Shown piece after piece: positions 18,970 through 27,275 of a stretch of DNA of 64,000 nt (the first letter of the stretch is position 1; the number at the start of each line of letters is the position of its first letter). The notes beneath the pieces were generated by a model, which searched no databases, was not told where the DNA came from, and worked only from the letters and a program-made list of their open reading frames with translations. Both the position numbers and the translations under genes were made by a program. Location: NCBI GenBank assembly GCA_944326095.1, contig CALVCO010000002.1, positions 3,386-67,385 of the forward strand, given 5' to 3'. The DNA comes from an uncultured Erysipelotrichaceae bacterium (GTDB lineage Bacteria > Bacillota_I > Bacilli_A > Erysipelotrichales > Erysipelotrichaceae).

Positions 18970-19803
18970 ATGAGTAAAAAGATTTTATTAATTAATGATA
19001 TGCCAAGTTTAGGTAAAGTAGCATTAAATGCAATGATACCTATATTATCATATCGAGGGTATGAATTATTTGCATTACCTAGTTGTTTGATTAGTAATAC
19101 TTTAGATTATGGAAAGCATAATATAGAGGATACTACTGATTATTTAATAAACTGTTTAAAAACATACAAATCTTTAAATTTTAATTTTGATTGTTTATGC
19201 ACAGGTTTTATAATTAATAAAAAACAAGTAGAAATTATAAAAAATATTAAAAAAGAAAATCCAAATATCTTATTGATAGTAGATCCTATAATGGCTGATG
19301 ATGGAAAATTATATAATAGTATGAATGAGGAAAATATCGCATATTTTCAAGAATTATGTAAAATAGCGGATGTTATTATACCTAATTATACAGAAAGTTT
19401 ACTATTAAGTAATCAAGATATAGATAATATAAAATGTGATAATTTTAAAATTAATAATATAATAAATGAATTACGAAAAATATGTACTTCTTCAATAGTT
19501 ATTACTAGTTGTATTTTGGAAGATAGTAGTCATGGTGTATATGGATATGATTGTAAAAAAGAAAATAATTTTTTCGTGCCTTATGAATATATAGATGTTA
19601 GGTTTGCAGGAAGTGGAGATATTTTTTCGGCATTATTAACGAACTATTTATTACAAGAATTAGATTTAGAAATGGCTACTTTAAAAGCAGTAAAAGGTAT
19701 TGGTGAATTGATTAAACAGAATATGGAAATAGATGCATCGATGCCTAATGGGCATTTTAAGCAAGTACAAATTGAACCTTTTTTATCTAAAATTTTCTTT
19801 TAA
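18970..19803 (+). CDS. pdxK: Pyridoxal/pyridoxamine kinase (PfkB fold)
   Basis: The ORF-track start at 18907 lies inside the hpf terminator, so ATG 18970 is used (MSKKILLINDMPSLGKVALNAM). VDPIMADDGKLY and AGSGDIFSALL blocks. Confidence 0.7.
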   Translation: MSKKILLINDMPSLGKVALNAMIPILSYRGYELFALPSCLISNTLDYGKHNIEDTTDYLINCLKTYKSLNFNFDCLCTGFIINKKQVEIIKNIKKENPNILLIVDPIMADDGKLYNSMNEENIAYFQELCKIADVIIPNYTESLLLSNQDIDNIKCDNFKINNIINELRKICTSSIVITSCILEDSSHGVYGYDCKKENNFFVPYEYIDVRFAGSGDIFSALLTNYLLQELDLEMATLKAVKGIGELIKQNMEIDASMPNGHFKQVQIEPFLSKIFF

Positions 19804-19806
19804 GAT

Positions 19807-19835
19807 TTTACAAAAACTTTACATTTCTATAATAT
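19807..19835 (+). promoter_or_regulatory. Putative pst promoter with Pho-box-like direct repeats
   Basis: TTTACA (19807-19812) and TTTACA (19818-19823) repeat with 11-bp periodicity. The first is 17 nt from TAATAT (19830-19835). This matches the B. subtilis PhoP half-site pattern TT(A/T/C)ACA-N5. Confidence 0.45.
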
Positions 19836-19892
19836 ATATTTGATTTTTAGTTGTTTAAATATATAACGTACCAAGAAGGTATGGAGGAAAAT

Positions 19893-20840
19893 ATGAAGAA
19901 AATTTTATGTGTATTATTTAGCTTGATGCTTCTTGCAGGCTGTTCAAGTACTCCTGCTACAGAAGCACCTGCATCTACAGAGAGTGCTCAAGAACCTACA
20001 ACTGCTACGAGTACGATCAACGTTTATACTCGTGATGCAACTAGCGGAACTCGTGAAGCATTCGAAAAGGCAATTGGTCTTGAAGAATTAACAGCTACAG
20101 CTATCGAAGTAAGTAGCAATGGTGATATGGCTACTAAAGTTGGTGCAGATGAAAATGGTATCGGTTATGCATCATTAAGTACTGATTTTGAAGCAAATAA
20201 TGTTAAACCTTTGAACTTTGAAGGTGTTGCACCTAGCGAAGAAACTGTATTAGATGGTTCTTATGGTATGCAAAGACCATTCTCTTATGTAACTAGAGCT
20301 GCTGGTGATTTTGGCTCAGATGAAAAAGAACAATTAGTTGCTGCATTCATCGATTATCTATGCAACTCTACTGAAGGTATGTTGGTTGTTGAATCAGCTG
20401 GTGGTGTTGTAGATACATCTGCAGGTACTCCTTGGGCTGAATTAGCAGAAAATCATCCAATCGTAAATCAAGATAATAGTGGTATTACTATTTCAACTGC
20501 AGGTTCTACAAGTGTTGAAAAAACATTATCTGCTGCTTTAGAATCATTCGTTCCAATGGCTGGTAACTTCCAATTCGTTATGAATCAAACAGGTTCAGGT
20601 GATGGTCATAAACGTGTATTAGGTGAAGAAAAAGATGGTGTTAATGCTGCAGATATCGGTTTCGCTTCTCGTAGCTTCAATGAAGACGAAGATGTATCTG
20701 GCGCAATGGCTAGTGGTCAATATGCAATCGATGCTGTTGTAACCATCGTAAATGCTAATAATCCATTAACTGATATCACAGCTGATAGCTTGAATCAAAT
20801 CTATTCTGGAACTTTAACAGATTTTAATGCGGTGAAATAA
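19893..20840 (+). CDS. pstS: Phosphate ABC transporter substrate-binding lipoprotein, apparently circularly permuted
   Basis: Start at ATG 19893 after SD ggagg. Lipobox LLAGC. All PstS ligand motifs are present but in rotated order (TRDATSGT and GIGY first; AGSTS, GSGDG and ADIGFAS last). Sits at the head of pstCAB-phoU. Confidence 0.85.
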   Translation: MKKILCVLFSLMLLAGCSSTPATEAPASTESAQEPTTATSTINVYTRDATSGTREAFEKAIGLEELTATAIEVSSNGDMATKVGADENGIGYASLSTDFEANNVKPLNFEGVAPSEETVLDGSYGMQRPFSYVTRAAGDFGSDEKEQLVAAFIDYLCNSTEGMLVVESAGGVVDTSAGTPWAELAENHPIVNQDNSGITISTAGSTSVEKTLSAALESFVPMAGNFQFVMNQTGSGDGHKRVLGEEKDGVNAADIGFASRSFNEDEDVSGAMASGQYAIDAVVTIVNANNPLTDITADSLNQIYSGTLTDFNAVK

Positions 20841-20842
20841 TT

Positions 20843-21763
20843 ATGATTAATGCAAGTAAGGAGAAAAAGAATAAAATAATTGATAATATATTCAAATTCT
20901 TCTTCTTGGCAATGGCGATATTATCTAGTAGCTTTATAGTTATCTTAGTTCTCTTCATTTTTATGAAGGGAATTTCGCCATTTTTACCAGGTTATGAATT
21001 TGGACAAGTAGATATCATTAGCTTTTTATTTGGAACAACTTACCGTCAAGATCAAGGCATTTATGGAGTTGGATTTATCGTTATCAATACGATAATTAGT
21101 GCTTTTGCAAGTTTACTACTATCATTTCCAATAAGTGTATTATGTGCACTATTTATTGTGAAAATTGCCCCTAAGAAAATAGGCGAAATCATGAAGAGCG
21201 TAGTTGAGCTTCTAGCAAGTGTTCCTAGTATTGTATATGGTGTATTTGCAAGTGGTGTTATTGTAATATTTGTTAAATGGCTAGCTTCAATATTTGGGGT
21301 TACTACAGCTGGTGGTAGTAGTTTATTAGCGGTAATTATTTTATTAGCTATAATGATTTTCCCTACGATTACAAGTATGTCAATTACTGCTATTCAAGCT
21401 GTCGATAAAGATTTGGAACATGCTTCATTGGCTTTAGGTGCTACTAAAACCCAAACTAATTTTAAAGTTGTTTTAACAAGTGCTAAAAGTGGTATTTTTG
21501 CTGGAGCAATTTTAGGAATTGGTAGAGCTTTTGGTGAAGCTACTGCAGTTAGTATGGTTGCTGGTAATAAATTATTTGGACCAACTTTTGATTTATTTGA
21601 CATTACTAGAACTTTAACTAGTACAATGCTTGCTGGTTTAAAAGAAACTTCTGGTTTAGATTATGATATACGTTTCTCTGTTGGTATTGTTTTGTTATTT
21701 GTTATCTTCTTTTCTAACTGGTTATTAAATTTACTAAAAGATAGGATTGGTAAGAACTCATGA
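20843..21763 (+). CDS. pstC: Phosphate ABC transporter permease PstC
   Basis: 306 aa polytopic protein. EAA-type loop ALGATKTQTNFKVVL..GRAFGE. Confidence 0.9.
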   Translation: MINASKEKKNKIIDNIFKFFFLAMAILSSSFIVILVLFIFMKGISPFLPGYEFGQVDIISFLFGTTYRQDQGIYGVGFIVINTIISAFASLLLSFPISVLCALFIVKIAPKKIGEIMKSVVELLASVPSIVYGVFASGVIVIFVKWLASIFGVTTAGGSSLLAVIILLAIMIFPTITSMSITAIQAVDKDLEHASLALGATKTQTNFKVVLTSAKSGIFAGAILGIGRAFGEATAVSMVAGNKLFGPTFDLFDITRTLTSTMLAGLKETSGLDYDIRFSVGIVLLFVIFFSNWLLNLLKDRIGKNS

Positions 21764-22965
21764 GTAGACAAGTAAAAGATAATATTTTAAATGGCATAAC
21801 ATACTTATGTGCATTTTTGGGAGTATTATTCTTAGGATCAATTTTAGTATATGTGCTAACTAATGGGCTTAAATTAATAAATTGGGATTTAATTAAAAAT
21901 GATTATTGGTCACAAAACTATTTGGTAGCTGTTACTGATAATGAACCTAAAGAATTTACCTGTGATAGTTGTAATGGTTATTTTTCAACTAAATGGGGGG
22001 TTAGTTTTACTGATGAAGTGACTTCTCATAAAGAAAATGTAATTACAATTGAATATATTGCACCAGGTAGTCCTTTTGAAAATTTAACTAGTTTAACTGC
22101 TGGTGATATGTATGGTACTACTATTCCTGTTGATGAGGGCTATATGATTGAAAAACTTGATTATATAGATAGTCAAGGAAATGCGGCAATTGGTGGTAAA
22201 ATTTTAAAACAGGATGCTAAGGCTTTACAAGAGAGTTTAGATGATGCTAGTGAAATAACCAGCATTTATATTCAATCACCTGGAGAAGGTATTAGAGGAT
22301 CTTTAATTGCCACATTATATTTAATTTTAATAAGTTTAGTTATTTCCTTGCCAATTGGTATTGCTAGTGCTATTTATTTAAATGAATATGCTGATAAGAG
22401 CAAAATGAATCGTTTGATTCGTCAAGGTATTGAAACTTTGACGGGTGTTCCTAGTATTGTTTATGGCTTGATGGGTGTTTCAGTTTTATTCCCAGTTACA
22501 ACTGTTTTTGGTGCTACAGGAACAAGTATCTTATTAGGTGGTTTGACAATGGCTATTATATTATTGCCTACGATAATTAGAAGTGTAGAGGAAGCATTGA
22601 TTGTTGTTCCACAAAGTCTAAGAGATGCTTCATTATCACTTGGTGCGACTAAGTCTCAAACTATTTTTAAAGTTGTTTTACCATGTTGTATGAATGGTAT
22701 TTTAACTGGTGTTTTATTAAGTATAGGGCGTGTTATAGGTGAAAGTGCTGCTTTGATTTATACGATGGGTACCTTTATTAGTGATAATCCAGTTGTCAAT
22801 GGACCAGCAACTAGTTTATCTTTGATGATTTGGTCATTTATGTCAGCTGAACAACCTAATTTTGAATTAGCTTGTGCAATTTCCATCATAATCTTAGCTG
22901 TAGTATTAGTATTAAATATTATTGTTAAGATAGTTGGTAAAAAATTAAGCAAGAATTTTGTATAG
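21760..22965 (+). CDS. pstA: Phosphate ABC transporter permease PstA with enlarged TM1-TM2 loop
   Basis: 401 aa. Blocks IYLNEYA and SLGATKSQTIFKVVLP..GRVIGE. About 120 extra residues lie between TM1 and the conserved GIRGS block. ATGA overlap with pstC. Confidence 0.9.
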   Translation: MSRQVKDNILNGITYLCAFLGVLFLGSILVYVLTNGLKLINWDLIKNDYWSQNYLVAVTDNEPKEFTCDSCNGYFSTKWGVSFTDEVTSHKENVITIEYIAPGSPFENLTSLTAGDMYGTTIPVDEGYMIEKLDYIDSQGNAAIGGKILKQDAKALQESLDDASEITSIYIQSPGEGIRGSLIATLYLILISLVISLPIGIASAIYLNEYADKSKMNRLIRQGIETLTGVPSIVYGLMGVSVLFPVTTVFGATGTSILLGGLTMAIILLPTIIRSVEEALIVVPQSLRDASLSLGATKSQTIFKVVLPCCMNGILTGVLLSIGRVIGESAALIYTMGTFISDNPVVNGPATSLSLMIWSFMSAEQPNFELACAISIIILAVVLVLNIIVKIVGKKLSKNFV

Positions 22966-22980
22966 AAGGGATAAATAAAA

Positions 22981-23736
22981 ATGGATACATGTTTTGATGT
23001 AAAGAATTTAAATTTGTATTATGGTGAAAAACAAGCCTTAAAAAATATAAATATTGATTTATATAAGAATAAAGTTACTGCTTTTATTGGGCCAAGTGGT
23101 TGTGGAAAATCTACATTTCTTCGTTGTTTAAATCGTATGAATGATTTAATTGAAAATTGTAGAATTGAAGGTACTATCTTAAAAGATGGAGTAAATATTT
23201 ATGAGCCTAAAACTGATGTAGTTGAATTAAGAACTAAAGTTGGAATGGTTTTCCAAAAACCAAATCCATTTCCTATGTCAATTTATGAAAATATTGTTTA
23301 TGGACCTAAATGCCATGGTTTAAAAAATAAAGCAGAATTAAATCAAATTGTAGAAAAATCTTTAAAACAAGCAGCTCTTTGGGATGAAGTTCATGATCGT
23401 TTACATGAAAGTGCATTAGGTTTATCTGGTGGACAACAACAAAGATTATGTATAGCTCGTGCAATTGCTATGCAACCTGAAGTTATCTTAATGGATGAAC
23501 CTACAAGTGCTTTAGACCCAATCGCAACAAGTAAGATTGAAGAATTGATAGAATCATTGAAAAAAGATTATACTATTATCATTGTTACGCACTCTATGCA
23601 ACAAGCAAGTAGGGTAAGTGATTATACAGCATTCTTCTTACTTGGAGATATGGTGGAATATGATACTACTTCAATAATATTCCAAAATCCAAAGGATAAA
23701 CGTACAGAAGATTATATTACAGGAAGGTTTGGTTAA
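22981..23736 (+). CDS. pstB: Phosphate ABC transporter ATP-binding protein
   Basis: 251 aa. Walker [10 protein letters not shown], signature LSGGQQQRL and Walker [12 protein letters not shown]. Confidence 0.95.
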   Translation: MDTCFDVKNLNLYYGEKQALKNINIDLYKNKVTAFIGPSGCGKSTFLRCLNRMNDLIENCRIEGTILKDGVNIYEPKTDVVELRTKVGMVFQKPNPFPMSIYENIVYGPKCHGLKNKAELNQIVEKSLKQAALWDEVHDRLHESALGLSGGQQQRLCIARAIAMQPEVILMDEPTSALDPIATSKIEELIESLKKDYTIIIVTHSMQQASRVSDYTAFFLLGDMVEYDTTSIIFQNPKDKRTEDYITGRFG

Positions 23737-23741
23737 TATTT

Positions 23742-24377
23742 ATGGTAAAGATGGATAATAAATTAGATAATTTAAAACAAGTTGTCTTACATATGGCTAC
23801 ATTAATTAATAAAATGTATGGACAAGTTTATGAATGCTTAGAAACAATGAATGTTGATAAAGCATTAGAAGTAATTAAAATGGATGAATTTGTCAATCGC
23901 TGTGAAGAAGATGTAAATGATACAGCTATTGAATGCCTAGCTTTATTATCACCTGTAGCTAGTGATTTAAGAAAAGTTATTGCAGCTATTAAAATTACTA
24001 CTGATCTTGAAAGAATTGGCGATTATTCAAAGAATATTGCTAGTTTCGTAATTAAAAATCATGAATTAGATGATGATACAAAGAAAATGACTAAAGAAAT
24101 TATGGATGAATTTCTTACAATGCTAGATCATGCGATGGATGCATATGCTAAAGAAGATAGTAAATGGGCTATGCAAATTCCTAATGAAGATGAAGTTATC
24201 AATAAAAAATTCAAAGAAATTTCAAGAAATTTACGCAATAAACCTGAATATACTACCGAAAATATTATTAATATTGCAGAAATGCTACGTAATATTGAAA
24301 GAGCAGGAGATCATACTAAGAACATTTGCGAACATATTATTTATCAAGTAAAAGGACAACACATAGAATTTGATTAA
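23742..24377 (+). CDS. phoU: Phosphate signalling regulator PhoU
   Basis: 211 aa. Two PhoU repeats (DLERIGDY, NIERAGDH). Immediately follows pstB. The alternative start at ATG 23751 cannot be excluded. Confidence 0.9.
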   Translation: MVKMDNKLDNLKQVVLHMATLINKMYGQVYECLETMNVDKALEVIKMDEFVNRCEEDVNDTAIECLALLSPVASDLRKVIAAIKITTDLERIGDYSKNIASFVIKNHELDDDTKKMTKEIMDEFLTMLDHAMDAYAKEDSKWAMQIPNEDEVINKKFKEISRNLRNKPEYTTENIINIAEMLRNIERAGDHTKNICEHIIYQVKGQHIEFD

Positions 24378-24385
24378 TATAAAAA

Positions 24386-24420
24386 GACTCATAGATTAAT
24401 TTCTATGAGCCTTATTTTTT
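24386..24420. terminator. Bidirectional terminator between phoU and phoR
   Basis: Stem ctcataga/tctatgag, flanked by an A-run upstream and a T-run downstream. Confidence 0.7.
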
Positions 24421-24452
24421 TAAGGATTAAAATGTTTAATTACCTACGATTC

Positions 24453-25739
24453 CTATTTTAATTTTTTAGGAAATTTTAAATAAAAGGTTGTTTGAATACC
24501 TAAATCGCTATCACATTCAATAGATCCATGATGTAATCCTACACCGTGTTTTACTATTGATAATCCTAAGCCAGATCCTTCTATTGCTGTATTATGAGAT
24601 TTATCTACACGATAGAAGCGTTCATAAATTCTAGGTAATTCTGCTTTACTAATTCCAATACCAGTATCTTTAATCTTGATTAAAACATTATCTTTATCTT
24701 CACTTAAGTTGATAAATACTGTTCCATTAGTTTTATTATATTTGATAGCATTTTGAATCAAGTTATATAAAATATCTTCCATTACATATACTATGCATTC
24801 ACCATATATATTTATATGATGATATATAACTTTTATATTTTTATCAAATATAAATTTATCTAATTTTTCAATGCAGCTAGTTATTAATTGATCATAATTT
24901 GCCATTTCAATTTCTAAATCTATTTTGTTTTCATCTAATTTAGATATTTTTATAATATCATTTATTTTATTAATTAGATTGTGTGATTCATTATAAATTT
25001 TATTAGCAAACATGCGAATATCTTCTTCTTTGGCTATACCATTTGCCATTATTTCAGCATAGCCACTAATAGATGTTAATGGGGTTTTTAGCTCATGTGA
25101 TACATTTGCACTAAATTCTTTACGCATTTCATTATGTAAATTCAAATTATTTACTAATGGCACAAGCTCTGGATAAATTGTGTCAGCATTTGGATGAGCT
25201 AAATTTAATTCATTTATTGGTTTAACTATGGCATTAGCTTGATGCCCGGCTACAAATAAACATATGATAATAATAAATATTAAGATTACTAAAGAAATAA
25301 TAAATACGGGTATTAGAATACCAAAGAAACTTGAAGTTACCATGGCTACACGTAAAATATTGCCATCATCTAATCTTAAAGCATAATAATACATATTTTG
25401 ATCGATAGTATCAGAATTTCGCAATGATTCGCCGACGCCATTTTCAATTGCGGATTTAATCTCTGGGCGATCTAAATGGTTTTCTAAATTGTCATGTTGA
25501 TTATCAAATATTACTTCTCCAATAGGAGATATTAAAGTAATTCGTGGATTAATTAAAGAAATATTATTAATATTGTAGCCAGTATCTAACAAGCTTTTTA
25601 ATTCAATTGTTTCTCTTCTTACTTCATTTTTAACATTATCAGATAATAAATATGTTAAAAAACCTGATATTAAAATGCTAAAAAATAATAGGGCAATTGA
25701 AGTAATACTAATTATGGTAGTAAATATTCTTTTTTTCAT
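24453..25739 (-). CDS. phoR: Sensor histidine kinase, PhoR-like
   Basis: 428 aa. Two TM segments flank an extracytoplasmic domain. H-box FSANVSHELKTPLTSISGY, N-box NAIKYN and G-boxes DTGIGI and GSGLGLSIVKH. Adjacent to the pst operon. Confidence 0.75.
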   Translation of the reverse strand: MKKRIFTTIISITSIALLFFSILISGFLTYLLSDNVKNEVRRETIELKSLLDTGYNINNISLINPRITLISPIGEVIFDNQHDNLENHLDRPEIKSAIENGVGESLRNSDTIDQNMYYYALRLDDGNILRVAMVTSSFFGILIPVFIISLVILIFIIIICLFVAGHQANAIVKPINELNLAHPNADTIYPELVPLVNNLNLHNEMRKEFSANVSHELKTPLTSISGYAEIMANGIAKEEDIRMFANKIYNESHNLINKINDIIKISKLDENKIDLEIEMANYDQLITSCIEKLDKFIFDKNIKVIYHHINIYGECIVYVMEDILYNLIQNAIKYNKTNGTVFINLSEDKDNVLIKIKDTGIGISKAELPRIYERFYRVDKSHNTAIEGSGLGLSIVKHGVGLHHGSIECDSDLGIQTTFYLKFPKKLK

Positions 25740-26398
25740 TAGCCAATTTTATATCCTACACCACGAATAGTTTCAATATAATTTTGATTATCATTTAGTT
25801 TAGAGCGTAGAGTTCTAATATGAACATCAACAGTTCTTGTTTCTCCATAATAATCATATCCCCAGATATCTTCTAATAATTGTTCGCGAGTCATAACTAT
25901 TCCTTGATTTTCAAGTAATTTTTTTAATAATTCATATTCTTTTAAAGTAAGAATAATCTTATTATTATTTACATATACATTATGACTATTGTCGTCTAAT
26001 ACAATATCTTTGAATTGTAAGACATTAGAACGATTATTATTGCGGCGTAATACGGCTTTAATTCTAGCTATTAATTCCATGATACCAAATGGTTTAGCTA
26101 TATAATCGTCAGCTCCTAAATCTAAACCTAATACCTTGTCATATTCACTAGATTTAGCAGTAAGCATTATTACTGGAATTTTTTGATAAATACTATCTGC
26201 TTTTAATTTTTTTAGAACATTTAAGCCACTATCATCAGGTAACATTATGTCTAATAAAACTAATTCACAATTCTTTGGGTCTAAGGCATCAAAAAAATCA
26301 GCAACGCAAGTAAATCCAATTGCTTCAAAACCAGTTTGTTTTAAGGAATATACTACTAATTCCTGAATGTTTAAATCGTCTTCTACTATATATATCAT
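25739..26398 (-). CDS. phoP: OmpR-family response regulator, PhoP/PhoB-like
   Basis: 219 aa. Receiver (DDLNI..LLDIMLPD..KPF) and winged-helix output (RTVDVHIRTLRSKL..RGVGYK). Its stop overlaps the phoR start. Confidence 0.75.
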   Translation of the reverse strand: MIYIVEDDLNIQELVVYSLKQTGFEAIGFTCVADFFDALDPKNCELVLLDIMLPDDSGLNVLKKLKADSIYQKIPVIMLTAKSSEYDKVLGLDLGADDYIAKPFGIMELIARIKAVLRRNNNRSNVLQFKDIVLDDNSHNVYVNNNKIILTLKEYELLKKLLENQGIVMTREQLLEDIWGYDYYGETRTVDVHIRTLRSKLNDNQNYIETIRGVGYKIG

Positions 26399-26570
26399 AC
26401 ATTTATTTTAGGGCAAATCTCTTTTTTAGTGAATAGACTTTACGTAAAATTTACATATTTTTTTCAATTTATCAATAAAACTTATTTAACTTAGAAATTA
26501 GAGTCATCCATTTGCAAGAAATTGATAGGTATAATATAATAAACTGCAATAGAAATGTTAGGTAATAAAG

Positions 26571-27248
26571 ATGGAAAATAACAAAGAAATACTTGAAATG
26601 ATTAAAAATAATGATATTAGAGGTTATGAATTATTGAAAGATATAAAATTATTTTGTCCTATACGCTTTGTTAATCAAATAGTTAAGGATAAATTTGGTA
26701 ATATTTCTACAAGTAAAGATAACAAAGTTATATTTGGAATGATTCATGATGAAAATAAATCATATTATTTAGCCTATACTGATCAAGAAAAAGCAAAAGG
26801 TATACCTCATGAATTAATGGTAATGTATTTGCATGACTATTATAAATTATTTTGTCAGGATGATTGTAAGGCTAGTGGTATCGTTATTAATTTAAATAGT
26901 GATAATATAATCATCGATAAACAAATGGTTGCTCAGTTAGGTTATAAAGCGATAAATGAGAAAATAAATATTAGTAATTTAAATGTATATCCTAGTGATG
27001 TTATTGAAGTAATAAAAGAATTTGGTAAAAGAAATCGGGATTTAAAGGAATGTTATTTATTAAATTATATTAAGAATGATAATTTACATTTTCGCTTTAT
27101 TATTGCAGGAATAAAACCTAATAAATTAATAAGACAATTAAATGATTTAATAGTAGATAAGATTAAAAATATTCCATATGATATTACAATTAAAAATGAA
27201 GAAAATGCTTCTTTATGTATGCAAAATATTTTGGTAGATAAAACATGA
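26571..27248 (+). CDS. Hypothetical protein, possibly SseB-like
   Basis: 225 aa. The pattern YYLAYTDQEKAKG ... GIVINLNSDNIIID ... ECYLLNYI resembles my memory of SseB N and C domains; unverified. Confidence 0.35.
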   Translation: MENNKEILEMIKNNDIRGYELLKDIKLFCPIRFVNQIVKDKFGNISTSKDNKVIFGMIHDENKSYYLAYTDQEKAKGIPHELMVMYLHDYYKLFCQDDCKASGIVINLNSDNIIIDKQMVAQLGYKAINEKINISNLNVYPSDVIEVIKEFGKRNRDLKECYLLNYIKNDNLHFRFIIAGIKPNKLIRQLNDLIVDKIKNIPYDITIKNEENASLCMQNILVDKT

Positions 27249-27275
27249 TTTAAATATATGGTCAAAGGAGGAAAA

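Noticed and set aside
26399-26570. Pho boxes for autoregulation upstream of phoP.
   Set aside because: Only isolated TTTACG and TTCACT hexamers are present, without the 11-bp phased repeat seen at pstS. This is not convincing.
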